64,000 nucleotides of DNA from the human T2T-CHM13v2.0 reference genome, Homo sapiens: the NCBI RefSeq assembly GCF_009914755.1, contig NC_060927.1; one strand, 5' to 3'. Below are positions 42,126 through 56,914 of the stretch, piece by piece. The notes beneath the pieces were generated by a model, which ran no database searches, was not told the origin of the DNA, and worked only from the letters and a program-made list of their open reading frames with translations. The position numbers and the translations under genes were made by a program. Each line of letters opens with the position of its first letter. Within the stretch, counting starts at the first letter, position 1.

Positions 42126-45100
42126 CTGAGGGCCTTTCCCCTCTCTGACTCCAGGGCTTTTCATCCCCATGGAACACTGAGTAGACACCAACTTGGATGG
42201 GCGCCAGCTGGAGGGCGAAGCCTAAGAGGGTCCCAAGGGAGGGGGCAGCTCTTCTCCAACACACACACTCAGCATCTACTGGGGTTGCAGGTCCCACAAC
42301 AGAGGCTGCCGAAGGTGGGAACTGGCCTTGGCGGCTACGGGTGGCAGAAGGGAGGCCGTCTGGGCCCCGGGATCTGGGTGACAAATGTACTACATAAAAA
42401 GGCCAGATGGACGTCCCTGCCTTTGGCACCACGGCTGCTCTAGGAAACACTGGGCTGCCTTTCATACCCTGGATTGTCGCAGGCTCCCTCTCTCCCCAGC
42501 TCAGCCAAATCATAAATCTAGCCTGCCAGGGGAGCTGGCTGCCCTGACCCCGGCCCCGTGCTTCCCCGCCTTGGCCTCACACATGCCAAGATCCAGGCAC
42601 GAGCAGTGGAAGGAGGGACTGTGGGGCTGGGCCCACATGGACTGAGAGCACTGTCTTGGTTTGGGGCTTTCCAGAATGTTCTTCAGCCATATTTTTCTCT
42701 TTTTGTCTTTCTAGCCTTCCTGTGCAGGATTCTGTCAAGGGCTTTCTTTTATAACCGTGCACCCCTCACACCAGCCTCCTCAGCCCTTCAAGAGTTTAAG
42801 TCTGACAGAAATTGGGACGTTCCGTGAGACCCCAAAGCCCAAGACTGCCCTGTCCTTGCCCTGGGCCTCTGGGAAGGCAGCCCGAGTAGCGTTCGACCTG
42901 CCCAGCCCCCATGAGGAATGTTCTTGCACAGGCAAAGATCCTTCAGCTAGAGATGCAGGGAGCCCCTGGTTTCTGTCTCCTGGAAGGGGTGCAAACAGCC
43001 TCGCCAAGGGAGGATTAGTTCCCTCTCTGGTCCACCCTTGGGTTCTTTACTTGCCATTCCCACACGCTGTCCTGTGTCCACACCCCAGGGAAGGGAAGCC
43101 CCGAAAAGGCTCTCTCCTGTTGCCCTGGCTCCACCTTCCCTACCTCCTTTCTTGCTTTTTTCTTGTGAATTCAACATATCATTTTGTGTGGCACTATGGT
43201 TTGTAAACTGCCCTTTACCCCTTCACAACAGTGCAGTGGGCACTGCCATCTCCTCTTTAGGTGTGGAAGCCGAGGCTCAGCGTGCCTGACCGGACCCAGG
43301 TCACAGACTTTTCCGTGGCAAGGCAGAGACTCGAACACCTGTGTTCTGCTCTCTTTCTCATGTCTTTCTTCACCTCCCCTCTCCTCAGCCTCCTTCAGTT
43401 TCCTCTCCTCTCCTCTAGCTCCTCCTCTTCTCGCCTATCCTTCTTGCATCTCCTCTCAATCCCTCCTCTGCCCCTCTCCAGAAGATTTTCTCTACTCCAG
43501 ACCCGCCTGAGGTCAGAGCTGATGGGGACCTTACCCCATCCCCTGGTTCACAGGCCAGGAGACTGAGGCCACGCTACCTGGCTGGTCCCCAGGCCTCTCC
43601 CCCCCCCGTCTCCACCAGGGCATGTTGGTGGCCGTGGGAGGCCAAGAGGGGTAATGGATTTCTTAAGTCATCCTGATTTTATTACTTGAAGCATTTCTAG
43701 GGCAGGACCCAGACAAATGCTTGCTCCCTCCCTTCCTTCCCTCCTCCCTCCCTCTGCAGCAAAGATGCTGCATCTCTGCATAATGCCTGTGCCCTGTTTC
43801 ACTCAGAAGGGAAAAGTCAAGGTCTGTGTTTCTGCAGCCAAAGTCACCAGCAGCCAGAGTCTTTGAGGGAAGCTCATCGGCCTGAGGCCTCTACCCTCAG
43901 GCCAGGAGACCCTGCCCCTGCCCCACACCACCCAGAGTGGGCCTCTCTCCTCGCTGGGTCTTGTTATAGTTTGTCTCCTTGGGACAGAGATACCCCAGCC
44001 TCTAGGTATCACCCCTTCTCTTCCTCACGCCCCCACTTTAGGGCATTCCCAGCTTGATGCAACCTCAGGCAGCAAACACTGCCCGACGACCGCCATGGTG
44101 AGCTCGGTGACAGTGATGTACCTGGCTGAGGCAGCTCTCAGCAGCAAGGCCACAGCCTGTCAAGATGCTGAGGAGCCTCACAGGAGCCTCCCTTGGGGCC
44201 TTCTTACCACAGACCAGGCATCCCCACCTCTTATACCAACCTGATCTTTCCTTCTCCCAGGGCCCATCCACAAAGCCAAGGCCCAGGGAGCCTTGGCAAA
44301 CCCTCTGGGAGAGCTCTGAACAGCAAGACCCACTTCACTCTGGGGTCGCTCACTCACAGCAGCCCGCAGAGGTTGGCCCTCAGACTGGAGGAGCTAGTCA
44401 GGTAGAGCGGAAAGGACGGGGCTTTGGGATCAAGAACCTTGCCGAATCCTGATCTGTCACTTATCAGCTCCTTGACCTTGGGCCAGTCACTGCTCTGAGC
44501 CTCCACTTCTCATCTGTTAAATGGGGAAGATAAAAGTTCCAGGCTTATCTATTTCACCAGATGTGAGAGGATTCCACAAGGCAAAGCAGGTGAACGTGTT
44601 CTGGAAATGGACGGAAGGCTGGGTCAGTGTTACCCAGGTCTGCAGAGCTGCCAGAATTCCACTCCACCCCACAAAGCTCCAGGCCTACCCTGCTAGTCCA
44701 CCCATTTGGCTGCAGGACAGTCAGCTAGCTACCCAGCTTCTCATGAGGTGTGACTTCATCCCTGACTCCTGGCCTCCTTTAGGCCCCAAGTAGGAGCCTG
44801 GGGCTCTTTGTTCCCTCTTCCCAGGGGCTCCACTCAGTGAAAAGATACTCCAAGTCTCATTGGCTCAACTCATTACAAGAAGTAGAGAGATTTACTTCTG
44901 AGGCCTTCATTATCACCTAATTGTGTTCCCACTAAACTCTCATTAATTAGCCACTCTAAAGCTGTCAGCACAATTAAATAGACTTATTGACTTATAGACT
45001 TTGAGGGTGGGAAGACAACTTCAGCAAGTCCAACCTGTCCAACCCTTTCATGTTAGAAATGAGGAAAATGAGGGCGAGAGATGGCAGGTGACTCAACCAA

Positions 45101-45261
45101 GGTCACACAACAGCTAGTGATGGAGTCGGAGCTAGAAACCCAGGCGGTCAAGTTCCAGCCCGGAGGCCCTCCTTCCCACTACACCACATTCCTAAGGGAA
45201 AGCAATGCCACCTCTCACCTTCTATCATCTTTCATTTCCCAAAGCAGTAATTTAGAATTGA

Positions 45262-45604
<343 letters not shown>

Positions 45605-46007
45605 TTAAGTAGATTTTTTTTTTTTTAAACCCACCAAAGATAACGACATCTGTACCTGAGGCAAATGGTGACCAGCTGTAACCACAAATGAGCCTCTACC
45701 TCCTGGGGCTGAGGGCAGCAAGGACCCTCCCTTTCTCCTTCCCCTCCCCAGGGAGGAGCAGTCATGCAGACAGGACCAATGGAGCGGGAGGCTGGCTCCA
45801 TGAAGACTGCCAGCATCTGGTTCCACGCTGATACTTGGTCCCAACTGGACATCCTGCAGCACAATCTCTGGAGTGGGGCCTAAGAATCTACACAGGCTAA
45901 AACAGGTTCTAAAGAAGAAAACAACAAACATCCACAACAGCTATGGGGACAGAGAGAAAAAGAGAGAAAAAGAGAGCCATGAAAATAGACTCCTAATAAA
46001 AGGAACA

Positions 46008-46310
46008 GGTTGGGCATAGTGGCTCACGCCTGTAATCCCAGCACTTTGGGAGGCTGAGGCGGGCAGATCACGAGATCAAGAGATTGAGACCATCCTGGCT
46101 AACGTGGTGAAACCCCATCTCTACTAAAAATACAAAAATTAGCTGGGCATGGTGGCACACGCCTGTAGTCCCAGCTACTCAGGAGGTTGAGGCAGGAGAC
46201 TCGCTTGGACCCAGGAGGCGGAGGTTGCAGTGAGCCAAGATTGAGTCACTGCACTCTATCCTGGGCAACAGAGTAAGACTCTGTCTCAAAAACAACAAAA
46301 GAAAACAGAA
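46008..46310 (+). mobile_element. AluSc
   Basis: GATCACGAGATCAAGAGATTGAGACCATCCTGG. Confidence 0.9.
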
Positions 46311-46808
46311 CAAAGGAGCAGCCCTCCCGAAGGATAGAATAGGGCAAGGGCAGGAGAGAGGAGCTGGACTGGGAAGGAATGGGCCATGGGGAGCAGGTCC
46401 CAGAGGTGGTGCAGGTGCAAACCCTGGGCAAAGGTTCTCAGTCATGGTGGCCACAGCCCAGTCATCATGAGGCAAGTGCCAGGACAACAGTTTCAACCTG
46501 AGGCCAAAGGGGTGGCCTTGGAGGTCAGGCAGGAAGAGGCTATAAAGGGCATCATAACAGCAAATGCCTCTCTGGCATTTGGCATGCACCTGGCACTGTC
46601 CAGAGTGCCTTAGGTATATTCACAAATCTAATCCTATCTAAACTCTGTGAAGTGGGGTCACTGTCATCACCCCAGGGTGCAGGTGAGGAGACAGAGGCTA
46701 GGGAACTAAAGTAACAGGCCAATAGGTGGCACAGCAGGAACTCAAACCCAGGGACTCAAACCTACTGTGACTCCAGCTAAAGCCGGAACTCCAGCCTGGG
46801 GTGCACAG

Positions 46809-46952
46809 TGCTTCTTAACAGGGGAGCCATGGCATTTTTTGAGGGATGCACCTTCCTGGTGAGCTGCAAGGATTTAGCATCCCTGGCCACCAAATGACAA
46901 TAGGGTACCCCAGTCACCTGGATACCCAAAACAGCCCCATACTTTCAGACAC
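46809..46952. mobile_element. MER3-like
   Basis: CAGTGCTTCTTAACAGGGG...TTTAGCATCCCTGGCC. Confidence 0.55.
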
Positions 46953-47651
46953 CTGCGTACGTGGTCGTAGTTGATCTGCTCCAGGTGGAGAACCACCTGA
47001 GGCGAGAAATAAGGATGAAGTGGGAGCCCACACTGAATCCCAGAGGCTTGGCCTCGTTTTGCAAGGGACTGCACTAGATGGGGAGCCGGCTGATCCCCAG
47101 GAGGCAGCCCTGGGAGGAGCAGGGCAGATTTCATATCCAAGAGCCCCCCAGAGCTCAAAGTACTGGGCCCCAGCAAGATGTGGCAAGGGATAGGAGGTGA
47201 TGCTGGAGAAGATGGAAAGGCTGTGGGAAGAGACCATAAACTCAGACAGCCAATGCTTGAAGGGAAATCTCAGGGGAGTCTGAATGTGGGAATGACCACA
47301 GCATCCCCACCCTCTCTCATACAGTGGGTGGCAGCCACTGGCCACAGCTCAGCCTCCCTGGGGTGAGTTTTTCTGTGGAGGCCTGAGGAGCAGCAGGCGT
47401 ATCATAGAGAAAAAGAGAAACAAGTCCAAGAACCATAGATTTTGGAGAAGGAACCACCCCCACCCTGACCTCCACTGTTTTTTTAAACCTTTGCTGGTGG
47501 CAGCAGAAAATTCACAAAGAGCTGCAGCCGTCAGGGAAGTGGAGGAATCTTTAAACCTTTTTCCCTTCATACTCAATACATCTGCCCCACTCTATCCAAC
47601 TCTTCGCTTCCTACCTATCTCCCTTTCATAATTCCCAGTGACCAAAAATCC

Positions 47652-47730
47652 AGAATGTATTTATAATGTACTGAAGAATGCATTTATAATGTACTGAATG
47701 TACATTTATAATGTACTGAAGAATGCACTT
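47652..47730. repeat. About 23-bp minisatellite, roughly 3.4 copies
   Basis: ATTTATAATGTACTGAA(GAATGC) repeated three times. Confidence 0.9.
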
Positions 47731-49628
47731 AGACAACATGAGCTAAGTTCATACCCATTCATGCCCTTGAAAGCCCAGGCCTGGCGACACCTGCATTCAG
47801 CCTCACAGCGAGTAGCCAGGCAAGGTACTTAGTGGCAGGAAAAGCGAGCACAGGGAATCCATATAGCAAAAAGAAGAGGTGATGACATTCCTCAGGCACT
47901 TATTGGGTAACCAACTCCTTTGATAACTCTAAATTCTACACGATAAGGTGCATGCTGGGAGCTGCTCATTCCTCCAAAAGCAATGTAAAACACAATCCTT
48001 GCCCTCCAGGAGACAAGATACACATGTAATGCCATATTTGAAACAATGTCAAAATAAGTGTTCTCCACAACCATTTCCATAGGTGTTTTGAAGTGAAAGA
48101 GAAATCAGCTAGACAACCAAGGCACAAGAATCAGAATAGGCTGTGCATCCTAGCATGTCAAGAGGCCCCAGTGAGCACAAGGATGGAGAAACCCAAGTGC
48201 CGGAAAACACAAATGAGTGAAACCCATTGGATCATGGGGAGAGAGCAAGGGAAGAGGAGTCTGGAGGGCATCATTCTTGGAGCCCTATGCTGGAGTCAGG
48301 TGGACAGGCATCACGGATGGGGGATGGAGGTGGAGCTCAACTTTCACTATTCCATTAACCCAGTGCATTGCATTCCAAAGGAGCCTGCCAGTCTTAATAG
48401 ACACAGGAGAACCCATGCATTCCCTCAGAAGCAGACCTACTCAGTGTCCTGCTCCCAAATGCTTTTGTGTGGATAATCACCGTTCTAAGTAAGAAACACC
48501 TCAAGTTTCCCAGTTCATTTTCTTGCTGCAAAGCTTGCAAGAGCAGCAGACGGATGCAAACTCCTGCTTCTCTTCTACTGGCGAAAACAACCCAATTTGA
48601 AGAATAAGCACCAATTAACTAAGTGAGAAGCTCAAGCTGTGAATCCTGAAGTGTTGTAACCTGACAGCAAATTGCAGTTCTTTGGAGGGAGCCGTGGGAG
48701 GCAGGGGCAGTCCCCAGCCAAAGTAGCCTCTTGAAGCCCCGACCTGCAGACATTGATCATTATAAGTCATTCACGTCTCAGCAAACAGTGGGACACTTGT
48801 TTAGGAGAAATACTAAAAGAGGGATTCCTTTTTGAGCACAGGGTTATTTATTCTCAAAGAAAATGCTTTGGATGCCATTTCCAAATTAAATTTGTTAAGA
48901 ACTAGTCAGAAAATTAAACTTCAAGTAAACACACAGTCCTTTGGTTTTCTTATCTGTAAAATGGTGATGACCCCGGACATACTTATTTCCGGAGATAAGG
49001 ATGAGGTGGCACTTTGTAACCTGGGAAGCACTACAAAAAAAATTACTAGCATCCATAGTGTGTCATATGTCTATCATCCCAGTGACCGTGATAGGTAAAG
49101 ATCAACAAGCAGGTATAGTTACCACCAAGAAGGGGAAAGCACGCTGCAGACACCTGCAGATGGCTGAGTTCAAGTCAATTTAAGTTTTTTGAATGTCCAG
49201 TAAGTGCACGGCACTGCAACAAGTACTGAGGACACAAAAGTGAATGAGAAGCAGTCACTACCCACCTGGAAATCTCATAAAGAAATAAGCCTACTTCCAA
49301 ATCAAAACATAAAACCACCTTTGGAGAAACCGAAACACAGTAAAAAAGTGCCCCCACTAAAACCTCAGGCTTCCCCTTGCACCCACACACTATTAGTTCA
49401 TCCACTCAGTATTTACCATTGACATGCTTTTAGTTCAAGTAACCCAAAACCCAATTCAATTCAAAGAGGCTTAAACCAAAGAAAATAGAATAATTCACAT
49501 GAGAGGAACTTTAGAGATAAAAAAAAAAATCATGTAGTTCAGGTTCTTTCCATCTCTGCCAGCTGCTAAAATTCCACATCCTGCCATTCTCCATCCTCAG
49601 GGGGCCTCTTCCCAAAGAAAGTTCTTGA

Positions 49629-49947
<319 letters not shown>

Positions 49948-51439
49948 GAAAGTTCTTGAAGTTTTAATTCAGCTGCCAAGAACAATCAGGGCAGCCTTCC
50001 TTGTTTAACATCTACCTAGAGAATGACTTCTGGTGGCTCTTTATTGACAAAGAGGAAGAACTTTCTTAGAAATCAAAAACCTCTCCTCAAATCCCATTAG
50101 TCAAAATTGTGTCATGTATCCATTTATGGCCCAACCCCTGCTAAAGCTAAACAGCATACGTACCCTTAAACCTGTCAAGGCCATCCCCTTAGGCAAGCCC
50201 AAGTTTCACTGCTGTTACTCCGGGAGGAGGTGTGGAATAGAGGATGGGAAGTTTACCACAAGGTGCCCTACTCAGTTATAAGAACTTTAGTTATCCATTT
50301 TCCAAGCCCATATAAGAAATGCAAATTAAAAGTGAAGAAAAATTTGCTTTAGGCAGATACATTGTGTCTAGCAAGAAGGGACATCCGTCAGCAAGAGGCA
50401 CAGCTGGAAAAAGGAAAGAGCAGGCACAAAACTCAAAACCTCAGGGGGCCATTTGGCGTAAGCAAATTGTCCCATACACCCCACTGAATCAGAGCCCAGT
50501 CCATTAATTAAGGTTTCTAACATACCCTTGGGACACCAAGAAAAGGTTACATTTATGCTTGCATTACTCCGTGTAAGAAGGCAGGGATGCATATAACACA
50601 TTTTATAGAGAACCACAAACACAATGGCTAACAATGTAAAACTGTTGTTGCTTAAAGAGGCCAATCTAAAGTGTGTTAGAACACTTTACACTTTAGAATG
50701 ACCCACCCCAGCTTCTCTGGAGAGCTGGGATTTAAGGTGCAGACTGCAAATATAACATACCCAGGCAACAATATGTTACGGCTGGCCTCCCACCAGGCTC
50801 CTCCACACTGATGGAAATTGATTGCACCTCATTTCCAGTGAACAAATAGTTGGTATTTGGATTAGGATGTTGCTCTTTTAGAGCAAACATTCAGGCTCCC
50901 AGCCCCACCTGGACCTATCAAATCTGAATCTCATGGGTGGGCCCATACTCAGTCTTTTCTTAAAGTTCCCCTACTAAATCTGATGATCAGTCTGACCAAA
51001 CCTCACACTGCCTCCCTGAAAGTCCAGAATACTCTGTAGGAAAAACTTCCCGAATGGGAGAACCAGGGCCTGGTGGAACTCTGAGAGGTTATCTCTTTTG
51101 CACCCTCTCTTGCCTTCAGGAAGGCCAGCATGAAAGGTCAGAGGAATGGCAGAAGCCCTGAGCACTCACTCCTTCTAGGGATGAGCACAATTTCACTCAA
51201 GCACCATAGCCAATCCACCACTCAGACCCCACTGCTCCCCTACACACCCTCTTCCTGCCCACAGCCTTCCTCCACCTGTCCCCACCCCTGACAGCATCAG
51301 GGTCCTCCCCAGCCAGAAAGGACATTATCTGTCACCTATTAAAGGACATCATGCCAGTTTTTACTTCACAAGCTCCTTTTGTAATTGACTCCCCACCCCA
51401 TCCTGTCTCACTGAAGAAATGTTCTTCATTTGATGCTTA

Positions 51440-51652
51440 TTATTATTATTATTTAGAGAAAGGGTCTTGCTCTGTTGCCCAGACTGGAGTGCAGTGGTGC
51501 GATCATAGCTCACCACAGCCTCAAACTCCTGGGCTCAAGTGATCCTCTCACCTCAGCCTTCCAAAGTGCTGTGACTGTAGGTGTGCATTCCCATACCTGG
51601 CTAATTTTTTGTATGTTTTTAGAGAGATAGGGTCTTGCTATGTTGCCCAGGC
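51440..51652 (-). mobile_element. AluJ, partial
   Basis: (TTA)n tail, right arm and start of left arm. Confidence 0.85.
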
Positions 51653-53519
51653 TTCATTGCATATTTAACTCCAATTCCTCTCATTGTAACTGGCTGAGGT
51701 TGAGGGTAGGGAGGTGGAATAGAGAATAAATAGGGACTCAGGACTCCTTGGCCACCAGAATGTGACTTCCAGGGATGAAAGAGTGGTTGGCCTGAGGGGG
51801 TCATTTGAGCTCTTCACTTTTTTCCAGGCAATGGAGAGAGCAATCCTGATCCCTGAAACACTCCAGTTTCAGGGGGACCCTCCTCCCAGGGGCCTGCCTA
51901 CCATGCAGACTGTTTTTGTCTCCATCCCACCAATTCCTGTAACCTTTGATTGCCAGCCCCTGCATGGCCAGAGATTATGGGCTTGGCCATTACCCAGAAG
52001 GCTCTTCTCATTCTGGCTTGGCCAAACACCACCTGTGTGACTTTGGAGCTGTTCTGCAACCTCTCTGAGCCTCAACTTCCTCCTGAGATGGATAATGCTT
52101 GCCTTGGCTTGTCTCCCCAGTTCTCACGAGACTCAAAACACAACAAATGTGACTGTGCTCTGTCAACCTGAAAGCACTGTCCACTCATGAAGGGTCACTG
52201 TCCACTGGACTAGGAGTGTCTGCAGCTGGGAAAAGCATTTCATCCATCTTTGCGTCTCCAATGTCTGGTGTTGGTAAATGACCCCTGAGAGGTGGCTGCT
52301 GGGTGGTACATGAACCAAATGAGGGGACGACAGAGCAGGATGGGAGTAACTGACAAGTCAGGAGCGTGAAAATGAAGAAAGAGAGAGAAAAGAAGAAATG
52401 TCCTTCCTTTCCTGTCACCCTCAGTCTCCAGGAACTAACAAATGCTCCCCAAATAGTGGCCCACACCACTGATTAGTTACTTTTTAAAGTCACCTCAGCT
52501 CCAATTAGAAAAGGATGTTAGTAAAGCTTTCCCATACCAATTTAAATAAACACTGAACACATTCAACCTTTAAACTGAATGGAAATCCCTATTTTAAACA
52601 ACAACCTTCTAAGGGGCTTGCTGGTGCTGCCCTGAGTGCTGAAATTAGGAATTGGGAGATTTGGAAGCTTGGGGTGGGGCAAACCCTTTCCCTTACTCTG
52701 GGCTACTTTGGTTTCCTGGAGGAACAGGCACTCAGGAGGCTGAGAGAGCCAGGATGGCAATTGGGCTTTTTTAAGCCAAGGGAAGCCTTGGTCTTCTGTG
52801 TTGAGCAACGGCCAGGCCTGGGAACCCACAGAATCATCCAATCATCCTTACCACCCTCCCCCCATCTATGTTCAGTTCTGCTCCATACACATCCCCTACC
52901 ACCACCACCCCCATTCTCAGAACAGAAACACAGCTGCTTAGATGAAAAGGGCAGCTGCTTTGCACCACAAACAAGCCCTCCCACTACAATCCCAGCTGCA
53001 TTTCCAGATATTCCAGCCTCTCTTTGCATCCCCGGTCTAAACTATAATGGAATAATTGGAATAAAATATAAAGCAGAACTTCCCACCCAGAAAAGCATGA
53101 GGAATGAGAGGGTGGTAATGTTTAGACATAAAAGAACACTCCCACAATGTTACCCTTGCCCTCTGAGCATGGGGCAAATTTGCAAGCCAGCGTACCCTTG
53201 GGGACATCCCCTGACCTCCCAACACCTACTCATGCACACGGGTCTTGCTCTTGCCCCCTTCCTTCTGCCCCACTCAGTGTTAGGGCTGTATCAGGGTTTT
53301 GCTCTCAGGAGCTGAGGGTGGACAAGGGCTCACTAGATAGCCCCTGGGACTACCTCTAACATACACAGACCCTGACCCTCCCCTCATTCTCTAGGGTAGA
53401 TCACAGGGAAGCCAAAGCCAGGATAACCTTCTTTGGCCACCTCCACCCTCACTTGAGAGCTAAGTGAGATCTGCTAAGCACTTCTCAATTGAAACATTGA
53501 TTCTTCCCCTTATCCATAC

Positions 53520-53931
53520 TGCTATGGTCTGAACAACCCCTTCAAATCTCATGTTGAAATTTAATCCCCAATGTAGCAGTGTTAGAGGTGGAGCCTTTGA
53601 GAGGTGATTGGATCATGAGAGCTCTGTCCTTATGAATGGACTAGTTCATTCATGGGTTAATGGGTTATCATGGGAGGGGAACTGGTGGCTCCTTCCAGAA
53701 GAGGAAAAGACTTAAGTGAGCACATTTGCATGCTTAGCTCCTTTGCCATGTGGTACCCTGCACCACCTTGGGATTCTGTAGAGTTCCCAACAGCAAAAAG
53801 GCCCTCACTAGATGCAGTCCCTTGACCTTGGACATCTTAGCCTCCATAACAGTGAGAAATAGATTCCATTTCTTTATAAGTTACCCAGTTTCATGTATTC
53901 TGTTACAAGCAACAGAAAATGAACTAAGACA
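53520..53931 (+). mobile_element. MST (MaLR) solo LTR
   Basis: TGCTATGGTCTGAA...GAACTAAGACA; near-TSD CATAC/GATAC. Confidence 0.9.
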
Positions 53932-54039
53932 GATACCAAGTACAGTATAAATCCAATTCCAGTATACTCCAATATAGTATAATTCCAATTCCAGAAATGC
54001 CAGGAGGCAGACCAAACTAAGGAAAGACACAGAAAATGT

Positions 54040-54352
54040 ATAAGCCACTGTCAAAGTATAATTTTCAAAATGCTTTCATATGTGTATATTTATTTAACTC
54101 ATTAATGAGGAATAGCAAATCTGGCTCAAAAGAACTTGAAGAACGGGGTTTGCATGATCGGCAAAGGCACGCAGAAATAAGTCTGTTATGTCGAGACAGA
54201 ACTGTCCTACAGGACAATAACACCATAACTTTTGGAGTTATCTTTTCTACTGGAGAGAAATAATTTGCATCTCAACTTGGTAAAAATCACTTGCAACTTA
54301 TCCACCTATATGTTAACATCTAGCTTCATAAGGTCTGGCCTCTAATCAATAA
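54040..54352 (-). mobile_element. LTR37-like
   Basis: TTTAACTCATTAATGAGGAA...AATAATTTGCATCTC...CTAGCTTCATAAGG. Confidence 0.6.
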
Positions 54353-55583
54353 TAAACTGAGAATCGAACACTGTTTTTTCTATCTCCCCTGCTTAGAATA
54401 TAAACTCCATGGGGACAGGGTTCTTGTCAGTACTTTTCCATTCTAAGGCAGTGGAAGAGTATTCGGCACCTGTAGATGCACAGTGGGTATTTGTTAAAGG
54501 ATTATTTGAAGGCACTCCAGAGTTCAGGGCCCAGGAGAAGGGGCCTCGTGCATCAGGTATGGCTGGATATAGCCCTGATGGGTGGGTGGGATCTGAATGG
54601 GAGGAGAGGAGAGTGGAGGCAGAGGAGAGAGTGAGGACGAGGTGTGGAGGAGAGTCAGGAGGAAGCTGGGGAAGGACAGGGTTTTGAGAAGATGTCAACA
54701 ATGTCAAATTTGGGGATTACACACATGCAGTAGGTGGGGGCTACGCATTCAAAATCTTGGCAGACAAGAAAAAGCATAGACAATCCAGGAGCCAGCTGAG
54801 TTAGGTGCAGGTTTCTGGAGAAGGACCAAATTGGGCCCATTTGAAGACAGGGGGAGAGAGGCATGGCTATCCAAGCAGCAGGTAGGTGTCAACCAACAGT
54901 GGCAGGGGTTTTCCCTGGGCTCAGGGTTCAGGAGCTGAGGGGCACAGAGGCCTGCAGCTGGAGCTGGGGGGCTGCAGCTGCCCAGGGCTGGGTGTCACCA
55001 AAGGACAGCCCAAAGAGCAGTGCCCTGCCTCCCACCACAAGTGCACCTTTGATGTGGCTCAGGCTGCTGGGCAGAGGAAACCCGAGCTTCCCAGAGCAGC
55101 CTGCTCCATCAATGCCACCCAGTTTTCAACGAGGCTGCATAAGACACGGACCCGGTGGACCCGTGGCAGGGCAATTTCTTTATGGACAGAGCGGCTGGCA
55201 GGAAATCAAGGCTCAGTGTTTCAGCCTGAGATGAAAGGGAGCTTTTACTCAGACTCCTATCAATGCACCCACACTCCACTCTCCACTCTCTGGAGAGGGG
55301 TTCTCAGTGCAGGGAGCGGGGGTTGAGACTTCCCTACTTTCTTCTCCATTCCTCACTTCCTTCTGGGGAGGAACTCACAGTGGGGGTGTCTTTAGGCGAG
55401 GGGACTGTGGGTAAGGGAAGGGTCTGTGTTAGGTTTTAATTATCTAAGCTTCTTCTGTGGGATGAGGGAGGGTCCTGTGAACACATCAGGGATAAACACA
55501 GAGAGTATAAAATGTGTTCCCCCAAGCCTTGCACATCGTGCCCACCCACCACTGTATTTAAAGATTTACTCCCTCCGTTCACA

Positions 55584-55625
55584 TGTATGTGTGTGTGTGT
55601 ATGTGTGTCTGTGTGTGTGTGTATG
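55584..55625. repeat. Imperfect (TG)n
   Basis: Read directly from the sequence. Confidence 0.9.
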
Positions 55626-56605
55626 AGAGTGAGAGAAAAAAAGAGAAAGAAAAAGAAAGACAATGCTATTCCATGGTTGCTCCACACAGCACCCAGCCAG
55701 TGTCCCTTGCTCCATTTCCAGCCACTGAGGCTTATCAAGTGACCTTGCAATCCTGCAGGGGTTCCGGACCTCTGGTCCTCACCCTACAGTGGAAACAGAA
55801 AATCAAGGATCTTCTTTTTGAGAAGATTCTCCATCCAGGCTTAGAAAGAAAGATATAGGAGGGGAAAACTGGGATGTCTCATGGCTTTAGCTCTCTCTTT
55901 AACAATAACTCGACACACATTTACTGAGGCCTTGGTGCCTGGCTTTGGGCTGGGCAAAGAGACACAAAGACAAATGCTGCTCTGTCTCTGCCCTGGGAAA
56001 TGAAGCTCATAGCAGGGAGACGGCATGGTGATGCAGTACAGGCAGCACCAGGAGCTGAAGACAAAGGCAGGAAAAGGTGCCTGATTCACCCGGGAGCCCT
56101 AAAAAATATGCAGATGCCCAAGCTCCTCGCTGGATGAACTGAGTCCCTTTTTGATGGTGGGGCCTGGAGGACCGGAGGTGGCTGGCTCTGGATGGGTGAG
56201 AGGCGGGGAGTGCCTTCAGGAAGTTTGGAACCCCAGGGCTCAGGGCCAGGTCCTGACACCCCATAATACCCCAGCATGCTCACACCAACAGCAGAGGCCA
56301 TGTGGTAGGATGGGACAAATCATGGAATTTGGAATTGGAAGACAAGGGTTTAAAATTGCCTCTTAGTAGATGTATGACCTTGGTCATACCCTTTCTGGAG
56401 AATTTCTTCACCTCTAAAATGGGTATAACAGTACCAAACTCAGAACTTAGTAATTGTAAGAATTAAGTGAGATAATGTACAGAAGGCATTAAAACAGTGT
56501 CTGGCATGGAGTTCAGGAAAGGGAAGTTGTGGCTTCTGGAAGAAGTAAATGAGGATGCAGATGTCCTTCAACAACAGCGAAGTGGTCCGTTAAAAAATGG
56601 TGTCG

Positions 56606-56914
<309 letters not shown>

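Noticed and set aside
46719-46732. CTCF-like CCAATAGGTGGCAC
   Set aside because: Imperfect match inside a MIR; cannot be supported without ChIP data.
47652-47730. Short direct repeats as a possible CRISPR-like array
   Set aside because: Head-to-tail minisatellite with no unique spacers, in human DNA with no cas genes.
52674-53315. 213-aa plus-strand ORF
   Set aside because: Non-ATG start, no recognisable domain.
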